DNA of 43,021 bases. It comes from Anaerolineae bacterium. Lineage in GTDB: Bacteria > Chloroflexota > Anaerolineae > JACIWR01. The notes below the pieces were generated by a model that saw nothing but the letters and a program-made list of their open reading frames with translations, did no database searches and was not told the DNA's origin. The position numbers and the translations under genes are program-made. The DNA is taken from positions 1 through 43,021 of the forward strand of contig JACIWR010000003.1 in assembly GCA_014360845.1 (NCBI GenBank), written 5' to 3'. Shown in pieces: positions 19,572 through 28,993 of this stretch (the first letter of the stretch is position 1; each line of letters begins with the position of its first letter).

Positions 19572-21191
19572 ATGCGATTCAAAAACATCGTTTTCTCTGC
19601 AATCGGGCTGGGGCTTTCTCTCCTTCTCACTGCCTGCCCAGCTCAACCTGCCATCAGCCCCGCCACGCCGGCAGCACCAACCGCAGGGGGCAAGCTGATC
19701 TACGGTCTCACGCTAGCCCCGTCGGGCATTGATCCCCATGTCAATGCCTCCTCGGAACTGGGCATCCCCCTCACCAGCGTGTATGATACCCTGGTCTACC
19801 AAACCGCCGACGGGGACTTCGTACCCGGCCTGGCCACCGAGTGGGAGATCTCCGATAACGGGTTGGTCTACACCTTCCACCTCCGCCAGGATGTGACTTT
19901 TCACGACGGCACACCCTTCAACGCCGAGGCCGTTAAATTCAACTTAAACCGCATCGCCGACCCGGAGACTAAATCGCAGAAAGCGGCCCTCATGCTGGGC
20001 CCCTACGATCACTGCGACGTGGTAGACGAGTACACGGTCAAAGTATTCTTCCGGGAGCCCTACGCGCCTTTCCTGGACTCCCTCAGTCAGGTGTATCTGG
20101 GCATGGCCTCCCCCACCGCCCTGGAAAAATGGGGTGCCGATTATCAGATGCATCAGGTCGGCACCGGCCCCTTCATGTTCAAGGAATACGTGCCCCAAGA
20201 CCACCTGACCTTGGTGCGCAATCCGGATTACAATTGGGCCCCGGCCATCTTCAATCACCAGGGCCCGGCCTACCTGGACGAGATAGAGTTCCGCTTCTTC
20301 GTGGACCCGGCCACCCGCGCCCTGGCCCTGGAAGCCGGGGAAGCGCACGTCATCGGCGAAATCCCGCCCCAGGATGCCGCTCGCCTGGAGGATAATCCTG
20401 CTTTCAAAATCGTGGCCGTGCCCATCCCCGGACAGCCGCTGCAGGCTTTCTTGAACACAACCAAATCACCCACCGATGACCTGCGCGTGCGCCAGGCCCT
20501 GCTCTACGCTACCGACCGCGAGGCCATTGTGCAGGCCATTTTCCGCGAATACTCCCCCGTGGCCTGGGGCCCCCTGAGCGCCGTCACCTGGGGATACAAC
20601 GAGGCCGTAGTCGGGCAATACAAGTACGATCCCGCCAGAGCCCGCGAGCTACTGGACGAGGCCGGCTGGCAGGACACGGATGGCGACGGAATACGCGAGA
20701 AAGACGGCCAGCGCCTGGTGGTCGCCGCTTACCTGATGAGCTGGGGCTACATCCCGGAAGTCGCCACCCTGCTTCAATCCCAGTGGAAAGAGGTCGGGGT
20801 GGACGTCCGCAGCCAGCAGGTGGCCTATCCCGCCGCGTTGGAAGCTGCGCGCCTGGGTAAACACAATCTCATTCTCTTCAACCTGGCCGGCAGCGACCCC
20901 GATTTGCTGCGCGGCTTCTTCCACTCTGAGGCCAACTTCAACTGGGCCAAGGTCAATGATCCGCAGCTAGACGCACTTCTCGAAGAGGGGGCACGCCTGC
21001 GCGACCAGGCCGAGCGACAGGCCATCTATGCGGATATTCAAGAGAAAATCATGGAGCAAGCTCTGATCATCCCCCTGCGGGATTACGTTAATCTGAACGG
21101 CGTCAGCGCACAAGTGCAGGATTTGCGCTACGATGCCCAGGGTTGGTTCCCCTGGCTGTATGATGTCTGGCTCAGCAGGTCCGGGGATTAG
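19572..21191 (+). CDS. ABC transporter substrate-binding lipoprotein, family 5 (peptide/nickel type).
   Basis: Internal ATG at 19572 is preceded by AAGGAG. Signal peptide and lipobox read MRFKNIVFSAIGLGLSLLLTAC. The body resembles DppA/OppA (DPH.., FHDGTPFNAEAVKFN, NPDYNW). Confidence 0.85.
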   Translation: MRFKNIVFSAIGLGLSLLLTACPAQPAISPATPAAPTAGGKLIYGLTLAPSGIDPHVNASSELGIPLTSVYDTLVYQTADGDFVPGLATEWEISDNGLVYTFHLRQDVTFHDGTPFNAEAVKFNLNRIADPETKSQKAALMLGPYDHCDVVDEYTVKVFFREPYAPFLDSLSQVYLGMASPTALEKWGADYQMHQVGTGPFMFKEYVPQDHLTLVRNPDYNWAPAIFNHQGPAYLDEIEFRFFVDPATRALALEAGEAHVIGEIPPQDAARLEDNPAFKIVAVPIPGQPLQAFLNTTKSPTDDLRVRQALLYATDREAIVQAIFREYSPVAWGPLSAVTWGYNEAVVGQYKYDPARARELLDEAGWQDTDGDGIREKDGQRLVVAAYLMSWGYIPEVATLLQSQWKEVGVDVRSQQVAYPAALEAARLGKHNLILFNLAGSDPDLLRGFFHSEANFNWAKVNDPQLDALLEEGARLRDQAERQAIYADIQEKIMEQALIIPLRDYVNLNGVSAQVQDLRYDAQGWFPWLYDVWLSRSGD

Positions 21192-21211
21192 GGAGCCGAA
21201 GGATCGAACAC

Positions 21212-22135
21212 ATGATCCAGTACATTGGCAAGAGGCTCCTCTCTGCCCTACCCGTCCTGTGGGGTGTAACGACGCTGGTGTTTCTGGCCATTCATCTCGT
21301 GCCCGGCGATCCCGCCGAAGTGATCCTGGCCCAGTCGGGAGGTTCCAGCGAGGCCCTGGAACAACTGCGTGCCCGACTGGGCCTCGATGCCCCACTGCTC
21401 GTGCAATATGTCCGCTTCCTGAGCAATACCCTGCGCGGCGATTTGGGGCGTTCGCTGTTCACCAATCGGCCGGTAGTGCAGACCATCGGCGAGCAATTGC
21501 CCCATACCGTGCAGCTCGCCCTGGCGGCCATGGCCGTCGCCATCGTGGTAGGAGGGGCGCTGGGCAGCGCCGCGGCCATCAAGCGCGGCTCATGGCTCGA
21601 TAATCTGTGCATGACCCTGGCCGTAGTAGGCGTTTCCACGCCTGTTTTCTGGTCCGCCCTGTTGTTCATCCTCCTGTTCACCACCACGCTGCACTGGCTG
21701 CCGGCCACAGGTCAGGGCAGCTTACGCCACCTGATCATGCCCGCCCTGGTCCTGGGACTGGCCTCATCAGGCACTATCGCCCGCCTGGTGCGCTCCAGCC
21801 TGCTGGAGGTGTTGAGCCAGGAATACATCACCGTCGCCCGCTCCAAAGGCCTGAGCGAGCGCACCTTGCTCCTGCGCCATGCCCTGCGCAACGCTCTGAT
21901 CCCCACCATCACGGTCATCGGGTTGCAATTCAGCTTTTTGCTGGGCGGGGCAGTGGTCACCGAGACGGTGTTTTCGCGCCAGGGAATGGGGCGGTTGATA
22001 GTGGATGCCATCCTGTGGAAGGATTTTCCGGTGATTCAGGGGGTGGTGCTGCTCTCGGCAGTGCTGTACACGCTGGTCAATCTGGCGGTGGATATCTCTT
22101 ACGCCTTTCTTGACCCACGAATCCGACACGAGTAA
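21212..22135 (+). CDS. ABC transporter permease, DppB/OppB-like.
   Basis: 307 aa, starting MIQYIGKRLL..LHLVPGDPA, with 6 TM segments and an EAA-like loop EYITVARSKGLSE. Confidence 0.85.
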   Translation: MIQYIGKRLLSALPVLWGVTTLVFLAIHLVPGDPAEVILAQSGGSSEALEQLRARLGLDAPLLVQYVRFLSNTLRGDLGRSLFTNRPVVQTIGEQLPHTVQLALAAMAVAIVVGGALGSAAAIKRGSWLDNLCMTLAVVGVSTPVFWSALLFILLFTTTLHWLPATGQGSLRHLIMPALVLGLASSGTIARLVRSSLLEVLSQEYITVARSKGLSERTLLLRHALRNALIPTITVIGLQFSFLLGGAVVTETVFSRQGMGRLIVDAILWKDFPVIQGVVLLSAVLYTLVNLAVDISYAFLDPRIRHE

Positions 22136-22143
22136 CCGACTCC

Positions 22144-23037
22144 ATGCCCGATAAACGCCGTTATCCTATCCCGACCCGCAAATATCCCCCCAGACGTGCG
22201 ATCCCCCAACTGGTCGTCCGCCGCGATTTAAGGCACAATGTGGGCGCTATGGCCGGGTTGGTGTTCCTGGTGATGCTCGTCCTGGCGGCTGCGCTGGCTC
22301 CCTTCCTCACCCCCTACGACCCACTGACCACACGACCGGCCAATCAATTGCAGCCCCCTAGCCACTATCACTGGGCCGGGACCGATCTCTTTGGTCGCGA
22401 TGTGTTCAGCCGATTGCTGTACGGAGCACGCATTTCGCTGTTGGTGGGTGTCCTGGCCGTGACTATCGCCGCCATACCGGGGACTCTGCTCGGTTTGCTG
22501 GCCGGTTACTACGAGGGGTGGATAGACATCATCATCAGCCGCCTGATAGAAATCCTGCAGGCGTTTCCCGGAATTCTGTTGGCGCTGAGCATCGTCGCCC
22601 TGCTGGGCAGTGGCCTACCCAATGTGATCCTGGCCGTAGGCATCGCCAGCATCCCCAGCTACACGCGCCTGGTGCGCAGCAGCGTGCTGACCGTCAAGCG
22701 CAAGTTGTTCATCCGGGCAGCGCGCATTGTCGGCTGCCGCGATTCACGCATCCTGTTCCGGCACATTCTGCCCAACGTCCTGGCCCCGGTGATCGTGCTG
22801 ACCACGCTGGACATCGCCTGGGCTATTCTCAACGCCTCGGCGCTGAATTTCCTGGGTCTGGGGGTGGAGCTGGGAACGCCGGAGTGGGGGGTGATGCTCA
22901 GCGAGGGGCGCGGTTATCTGCGCGATGCACCATGGGTCAGCGTCGCTCCGGGGTTGATGTTGACACTCACCGTGCTGGCCATCAATCTGCTGGGCGATGG
23001 CCTCCGAGATTCCCTCGATCCCCGTTGGCGGGCGTGA
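22144..23037 (+). CDS. ABC transporter permease, DppC/OppC-like.
   Basis: 297 aa with LAPFLTPYDP, GTDLFGRDVFSRLLYGARISL and the EAA-like loop FIRAARIVGCRD. Confidence 0.85.
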   Translation: MPDKRRYPIPTRKYPPRRAIPQLVVRRDLRHNVGAMAGLVFLVMLVLAAALAPFLTPYDPLTTRPANQLQPPSHYHWAGTDLFGRDVFSRLLYGARISLLVGVLAVTIAAIPGTLLGLLAGYYEGWIDIIISRLIEILQAFPGILLALSIVALLGSGLPNVILAVGIASIPSYTRLVRSSVLTVKRKLFIRAARIVGCRDSRILFRHILPNVLAPVIVLTTLDIAWAILNASALNFLGLGVELGTPEWGVMLSEGRGYLRDAPWVSVAPGLMLTLTVLAINLLGDGLRDSLDPRWRA

Positions 23038-23088
23038 GAAGGCAATGGGGAACGAGGTAACGGGTAAAGGGTGATGAGGAGTGAGAAG

Positions 23089-23739
23089 ATGGGTAAACAC
23101 TGGGAAATCAGTCGCACCGGCCCATTGGGCGTGTTCCTGGCGCTGCTGGGCTATTGGGGGGCCTGGGTAGACCATAAGACCGCGGCGTTGGTGCTCAGCG
23201 GCCTGGACATGGGGGAGTACGTCAAGTTTCTACCGGAGGTGCGCGAGGGGAGCGTGGTCGTGCTGCGAGAGCTTTTCTACCTGCCGCCGCTGGCCGCGGC
23301 GCTCTGCCTGGCTCTACTGGTCGGCTGGCTGTGGCCACGATATTCGCTCACAGCGCGCGTGCTCATGCTGGGCCTGGCCGCGGGGCTCTGTCTCATCGTC
23401 CTGCCCCCTTACCCCTTCGTGCTGCACGCTCTCTCCTCAGCGGAGTTCCGGGGGCAGTTCATCATGTCCGTGTTGTGCTTATTGGGCGTTGCCGCGGCTC
23501 CACTCTACCGCCGCCTGAGGGACCGGACGGCCCAATTGCTGCTGGCGATGCTCGCCGGCCTGGGCACGCTCCCCGCTATAGCCCAGTTCTGCGCCATCCG
23601 CCCGGCCCTGGAGCGGGCTTACGGCTGGCCGTTGCAAATCGGCTGGGGCCTGTGGGTGATGGTGGTGGGCTTTGCTTTCGTCATCGTCGCCACCATAAAG
23701 GGTGAGGTGCGACGCACTTCAGAAGCGCGTCGCACCTAA
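23089..23739 (+). CDS. Polytopic membrane protein of unknown function.
   Basis: About 6 hydrophobic helices. The ATG at 23089 is preceded by AGGAG. It sits where ABC ATPase genes would be expected. Its 3' end overlaps the convergent hdrA stop by 4 nt. Confidence 0.55.
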   Translation: MGKHWEISRTGPLGVFLALLGYWGAWVDHKTAALVLSGLDMGEYVKFLPEVREGSVVVLRELFYLPPLAAALCLALLVGWLWPRYSLTARVLMLGLAAGLCLIVLPPYPFVLHALSSAEFRGQFIMSVLCLLGVAAAPLYRRLRDRTAQLLLAMLAGLGTLPAIAQFCAIRPALERAYGWPLQIGWGLWVMVVGFAFVIVATIKGEVRRTSEARRT

Positions 23740-26309
23740 ATCAGCACCCGCACGCTACTGCTACGACAGGCGGCGCACATCCGCTCTTCGTTTCTCGCCT
23801 TTTCCGCGCTGTAGTCCTCCCGCCATTCGTGCCCGCAGCGCATACAGCGCAAGAGAGCCGGCGTCGGCTCTTTCAGCTTCCAGACCTGGCTGCTGACCGG
23901 GACTTTCGCCTCTCTCAGCACCTCCATCGTCCGTGCCACTTCCTCGGCGGTGACATGCGCGCGCAGTTCCTCCACCGCGCGCATAATTTGAGCCCAGCGC
24001 TGACCCTCGGCAGCGGAGCACCACTCCAGTTGCAGGCGCTCCGGGCGCAGGCCGTGCTTCTCCAAGCCCTCCCACAGAGCATCCACGCGGCGCACGGTGT
24101 TGCGGTTAGCGTTGATGTAGTGGCAATCGGCGTAGTGGCAGCCGCTGACCAGCACCACCGGCGCGCCCTGGCGGAAGGCATACCACACGAAATCGGCAGC
24201 GACCCGCCCCGAGCACATCGTCCTGATGATGCGCGCGTTAGGCGGGTATTCCATGCGGCCCGTGCCCGCCGTATCGGCCCCGGCGTAGGAGCACCAGTTG
24301 CAGGCAAAGGTGACAATGGTGCTCAGCGGATCGCGCTCCAGGGCAGCATCAATCTGGGCGAAGATGGCCTGATCGCTGAAATGGCGCATTTCGATGGCGT
24401 CAAAGGGGCACTCGGCGGCACAGGTGCCGCAGCCGGCGCAGGCGGCGGTGATGACCTGCGCCACCTGTTTCTTCTCCCACTTGATGGCCGAGTAAGGACA
24501 CACCTCGGCACAGCGCCCGCACTGCCTGCACTTAGCCTCGTCCACCACAGCGGTGATGGCCTCGACCTGGATTTTGCTTCTGCTGAGCAACACCTCGGCC
24601 CGCGCCGCCGCTGCCGAAGCCTGGGTCACGCTGTCTTTCACGTCCTTGGGACTTTCGGCACATCCGGCCAGGAAAACGCCTTTGGTCGTCGCGTCCACCG
24701 GTTTGAGCTTGGGGTGCGCCTCCATGAAGAAACCTTCGGGCGTGCGCGACAGGGTGAGCAATTGCTTAACCAGTTCACTATCGCCGCGCGGGATAGCCCC
24801 GATGGACAGCACCAGCATGTCCAGTTCGTACTCCTCGATGCGCCCCGCCGTGGTGTTCTCCACGAAAACCCTGAGATTGCGCGTCTGCGGGTCCTCCACC
24901 ACCTCGCCGGGCAGGCCACGCACGTAACGCACGCCCGCCGCCTTGCTGCGCATGAACAGGTCCTCGAAGCCCTTGCCAAAGGCACGGATGTCCATGTAGA
25001 ACACCGTGATGTCAGTATCGGGGTAGTGGTCCTTGAGCAGCAAGCTATCTTTGATGGTGTTCATACAACAGATGTTGGAGCAGTAGGGATTGCCCCGCGC
25101 CGGATTGCTCGTCCGCGAGCCGACGCATTGCACAAACCCGATGCGTTGGGGAGTCTGACCGTCGGTCAGGCGGACGAAGTGTCCGCCGGTGGGGCCACCG
25201 GCGCTGATCAGCCGCTCGAACTCCAGGCTGGTGATCACGTTCTCGAAGCGGGTGTAACCGTACTCGTCCAGGGCGGTGGGGTCGTACACGTCCATGCCGG
25301 TGGCGACGATGATGGCCCCCACGTTCAACTCCACGATTTCATCCTGCATGTCGAAGTCAATGCACTTTTTGTCGCAGACCTCGATGCACTTCCCACAGGC
25401 GATGGGGTTATCGCCCAGGCAGGCTTCGATGTCCACCACATAAGCCGAGGGCACCGCCTGGGGAAAGGGGATGTAAATAGCGCGGCGCGTGCTCAACCCC
25501 TGCTGGAACTCGTCCGGGCGGACGATGGGGCAGACCTTGACGCACTCGCCGCAGGCCGTGCATTCCTTCTCATCCACGTAACGCGCCTTCTTGCGCACCC
25601 GCACCCGGAAGTTGCCCACGTAGCCGGATACGTCCTCGACCTCGCTGTAGGCCAGCAGTTCAATGTTGGGATGCCGACCGGCATCCATCATCTTGGGGCC
25701 GAGGATTCATATGCTACAGTCCATGGTGGGATAGGTCTTATCCAGCATGGCCATGATGCCACCGATGGAGGGTTGCTTCTCCACCAGGTACACCTGATGC
25801 CCGGCGTCGGCCAGGTCCAGCGCGGCCTGGATGCCCGCCACCCCGCCGCCGATGACCAGCGCCGCGTCAGTGACGGGCAACTGCTCCTCGTCCTGGGGAT
25901 ACAGCCAGTGCGCCCGGGCCACGGCCACGCGCACGATGTCCTGTGCCTTGCGGGTGGCCGCTTTCCTGTCGTGCAGCGTGACCCAGGAGCAGTGCTCTCT
26001 GATGTTGGCCATCTCCAGCAGGTACGGGTTCAGCCCCACTTGCTGGACGCAAGCGCGGAAGGTCGGCTCGTGCAGGCGCGGCGAGCAGGAAGCGATGACC
26101 ACGCGGTTGAGGTTGTGCTCCACGATCGCCCGCCTGATCTCGGCCTGGCCCGGATCGGAGCAGGTGTACTTGTTGCGCACGGCGACGGCCACATCGGGCA
26201 GGGTGGCCGCGTAGTCCTTCACTGCCTCAGTATCCACGCTGCCGGCGATGTTCAGCCCGCAGTCGCAGACGAAAACGCCGATTCGCAGATCATCTTTCAC
26301 CAAAATCAT
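23736..26309 (-). CDS. hdrA: HdrA-like flavoprotein fused to an MvhD domain and a C-terminal zinc ribbon. One gene with an in-frame UGA (25707-25709), read as selenocysteine.
   Basis: ORFs 25707..26309 and 23736..25691 are in the same frame (618 nt apart). The junction reads [36 protein letters not shown], matching the HdrA motif DKTFPT.DCS.C-IL.PKM..HPNI. The N-terminus [37 protein letters not shown] is HdrA-type. The MvhD part reads [27 protein letters not shown]. The tail reads CMRCGH..CAACR. The ATG at 26309 is preceded by GAGGAGG. Confidence 0.85.
25669..25686 (-). promoter_or_regulatory. Candidate bacterial SECIS hairpin downstream of the in-frame UGA.
   Basis: The mRNA forms GGAUGCC-GGUC-GGCAUCC (7-bp perfect stem). 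The stem starts 20 nt after the UGA. The apical loop GGUC lies at +31 to +34 from the U of the UGA. Confidence 0.6.
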
Positions 26310-26337
26310 GCCTCCTCAAGCCAGTCGAATTTTCCCA

Positions 26338-26405
26338 CCGCAGAGCGCGCAGAGAGTGCGGAGAGTCAAAAAGTATTCTCTCGGCGGTCTCCGCGCTCTC
26401 GGCGG
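26338..26405. repeat. Imperfect GC-rich inverted repeat (REP-like) in the divergent intergenic region upstream of hdrA.
   Basis: Arms are ccgcagagcgcgcagagagtgcggagag and ctctcggcggtctccgcgctctcggcgg, separated by tcaaaaagtatt. Confidence 0.6.
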
Positions 26406-26740
26406 TAAAACAAACAAGACTAAGCGAGCAAGCTCACTGCCACATTGCGACAAACCATTCCGCCGATCAGCGAAATCTATTAGGTAAGACGATGAGCAGG
26501 TGGGCGTGTTTAAACGTCCTACATTTAGGAGACACTACAGCCTGATTTCCCCCACGACGAGTAGACACTCTTACGAGAAGAAACCAGATTCCCAGCAGTT
26601 CCCAATTTGCCGCGACGTTATAGCGGCAAAACAGATTCATCGAGAAAGATCCCAACAAGGAGGTGATTGTATGACCATTTGATCCATTTGAGCTAGGAAC
26701 AGACCCTCGAATCAGTTTGGTAAAGGGAAGGAGGAAACAG

Positions 26741-27289
26741 ATGCGAAACAAAATAATATTCTGGGTGACCTTGGGGGTCATCGCTCTGCTGATTCTCAGT
26801 TCTACCCCAGTCATGGCCGGTGGCCCACAGCCCACAGCAGAGGTAGAGACGAATGTATATGACCCACCCATTCCAGTTGACGCCAATGCTCCGGAATACC
26901 CCAGCGTGACACCAGGTCAAGACGCGGCCATCAACAAAGAAGCAAACTTCACAACCCGAGCAAGTCTGCTCCACGCATGGGATTCAACAATTCTCAAGGC
27001 CAGCGCGAATGAGGTGCTCCTTGACGGGTGGTCGGACGCAGGTCTCGGCAACAATATGGATGTCATCGAGGTCAAAATGTGGTTATGGAAATGGAACTTC
27101 GGGACAAGCGAATGGGAACTGCATTCTGACTACCGGAAAGCCGAGAGTAACAAGGATCTGGTACAGTTGACAGTGAGACCCTGGGTCGGCGCTGGTACAT
27201 GGACAGTGACTAGTCGGCACTATGCTCGCAAGGGGCTGAGCATTGACATCCAATACGACACCAATAATAACATCGTGACCACCCCATAG
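26741..27289 (+). CDS. Secreted protein of unknown function.
   Basis: The ATG at 26741 is preceded by GGAAGGAGGAAACAG. Signal peptide is MRNKIIFWVTLGVIALLILSSTPVMA. GC content looks lower than in the flanking genes. Confidence 0.6.
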   Translation: MRNKIIFWVTLGVIALLILSSTPVMAGGPQPTAEVETNVYDPPIPVDANAPEYPSVTPGQDAAINKEANFTTRASLLHAWDSTILKASANEVLLDGWSDAGLGNNMDVIEVKMWLWKWNFGTSEWELHSDYRKAESNKDLVQLTVRPWVGAGTWTVTSRHYARKGLSIDIQYDTNNNIVTTP

Positions 27290-27311
27290 CGAGCGAGAGT
27301 TCGAAAGCCAA

Positions 27312-27347
27312 CCCCGGGAGGACAATCAACCCTCCTGGGGTTCTTTG
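27312..27347 (+). terminator. Rho-independent terminator between convergent genes.
   Basis: Stem ccccgggagg / cctcctgggg (one G-U pair), loop acaatcaac, followed by ttctttg. Confidence 0.7.
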
Positions 27348-27364
27348 TGCTTCCCTGAGAGCTA

Positions 27365-28201
27365 TTATTCCAACGACCGAGCCACTTTCAGCAATTCTTC
27401 CAGAGAGTAAGGGCCGGACAGGAAGAAAGTCACGCCATCCTCCTGCCATAGAAGATTGGTCAACACAAAATCCCCTTCACCCCACGGCCCTGGCCCGCTA
27501 TAACCCGACTCAGCCCACTCAGCCACCACTCCAGGTTTCAACTCCACAGTCCGCGTGTCCTGGGGTATAGATTCTCTTGGTGCTCCCCATACGCACCTGT
27601 AAGCATCCAAAAGGAAGAGAGGAGAAGAACCCGTCTCTGTCTCTAGCAGTTTCAGGTCTGAAGCCCCTGTAGCTTGCACGAGATAGCTGACGATCACGAG
27701 ATTCCGCCCATCTTCCGTTTGCACGACCTGGAAGACTTGCTGCACCGGCTGCTGTACGCCAGCAACATCCTTCCACTCCTCTATCCCTGGTGGCAGATAA
27801 GCAGGCACGCGAATTGGAAAACTCACTCTCGCTTGAGCTTGCTCCCTTGAGAGCAGAGGAGCCGGCATGGGCGCTTCCCCTTCGAAAACGACAACGGGAC
27901 GGGAGGTCAAGCCCGTTGCCCCAATGCGGGCCACTATCTCCCACAGCTCCCGGGCTGCTTGGACGCCTACCGTGCCAGCGAAGGTCAGGACGAATATCAT
28001 CAGCATGGTCGCTACAACCTGTATGGAGTAGTGCAAACTACCCCATCGAAAGGCGACCCTGCGTAATAGCGAAGTCTCCCACCGCTCTGCGGACATCTCC
28101 ATTCGTTCCAGTCGGGTCAGAAACGCACGAGATGGGTTGATACTCCTCCAATAACGAGGAATATCTCGCCGAAGTATTCCCTCGAAATCATCAGTCATCA
28201 T
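27365..28201 (-). CDS. Membrane-anchored anti-sigma factor candidate with a DUF4367-like C-terminus.
   Basis: It lies directly downstream of the ECF sigma gene. It has a single TM helix (VVATMLMIFVLTFAGTVGV). The C-terminus reads LLWQEDGVTFFLSGPYSLEELLKVARSLE. The ATG at 28201 is preceded by AAGGAGG. The listed start is 28255. Confidence 0.6.
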   Translation of the reverse strand: MMTDDFEGILRRDIPRYWRSINPSRAFLTRLERMEMSAERWETSLLRRVAFRWGSLHYSIQVVATMLMIFVLTFAGTVGVQAARELWEIVARIGATGLTSRPVVVFEGEAPMPAPLLSREQAQARVSFPIRVPAYLPPGIEEWKDVAGVQQPVQQVFQVVQTEDGRNLVIVSYLVQATGASDLKLLETETGSSPLFLLDAYRCVWGAPRESIPQDTRTVELKPGVVAEWAESGYSGPGPWGEGDFVLTNLLWQEDGVTFFLSGPYSLEELLKVARSLE

Positions 28202-28268
28202 CTCTCGTCCCTCCTTGCTTTCGCAATCGTGTATAGGTAGTACCACCTTCACCATTGCCCTTTTCCTG

Positions 28269-28799
28269 CTACTTTTCCTTCAGATACTCCCGTAACATCT
28301 GACGAGCCTCGCTCAACATACGCCGCACAGTCCCCGCTGGTCGGTCCAGGGAACGAGCAATTTCGCCAGTGTTATAACCTTCTCCATAGTAGAGTAAGAT
28401 CACCAGGCGGTACACACACGGCAAACTACCAATGGCTTCATACAGGTCAGAAAAACGCTCCCGCTCCGCGAGGGATTCCATATTCTCTGCCATCTGGCTC
28501 ACGAGCTCACGGTCACGCTTGCGTTTCCGAAGCAGATCACGAGCGCGGTTAACAACAATGCTATTCAACCAAAACTCAAAAGATGTCCTCTTTTTCAATC
28601 CGCGCAGGGAACGATAGGCAGCAATAAAAGCTTCCTGTACAACATCTTCTGCATCAGCGTGATTGCCTAATAGAGCGAACGCGATGCGGTACAGCCGCGT
28701 GCTGTGCTCACGCACGAGGGTAGCGAAGGCTATTCTGTCCCCATCTTGCGCCCGGGTAATGAGAACGATCTCCTCTGTTGCGGTCAACTCGTTATCCAC
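28269..28799 (-). CDS. ECF-type RNA polymerase sigma-70 family factor.
   Basis: Region 2 reads RLYRIAFALLGNHADAEDVVQEAFIAAYRSL. Region 4 helix-turn-helix reads YNTGEIARSLDRPAGTVRRMLSEARQML. Confidence 0.9.
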   Translation of the reverse strand: MDNELTATEEIVLITRAQDGDRIAFATLVREHSTRLYRIAFALLGNHADAEDVVQEAFIAAYRSLRGLKKRTSFEFWLNSIVVNRARDLLRKRKRDRELVSQMAENMESLAERERFSDLYEAIGSLPCVYRLVILLYYGEGYNTGEIARSLDRPAGTVRRMLSEARQMLREYLKEK

Positions 28800-28993
28800 C
28801 TGCTTGAATCACACGTGTTCAATGTAATCTATCGGACATCCGGTCTACTATAAAGACGAACGGCTAGGGCTTCTTGCTCACCCGCCCTATTCCAAATAGA
28901 TTGAGCCTTCGATGCCGTCTGTATAGTCTTCGGGATATTTTTCTTGCTTGGGCGACCCCGGTGCGTTAGGGAAATGTGGTCATTCTTCAGCTA

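Noticed and set aside
25692-25709. Reading the HdrA region as two separate genes (a 200-aa N-terminal protein plus a 651-aa protein starting at ATG 25691).
   Set aside because: The break falls inside the conserved DCSxC-ILxPKM motif of a single FAD domain. The frames are identical, no Shine-Dalgarno sequence precedes the ATG, and a SECIS-like hairpin follows. Sec recoding explains this better, although an authentic nonsense mutation cannot be excluded from sequence alone.
23829-26408. 859-aa plus-strand ORF opposite hdrA.
   Set aside because: Same reasoning. It is G/A/H/R-rich with no domains, and the opposite strand encodes a fully recognisable HdrA-MvhD.
28800-28993. Search for an autoregulated ECF promoter (GGAAC..CGTC type) upstream of the sigma gene.
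   Set aside because: The only GGAAT..CGTC pair is about 32 nt apart, far from the expected 16-17 nt spacing. Nothing supportable was found.
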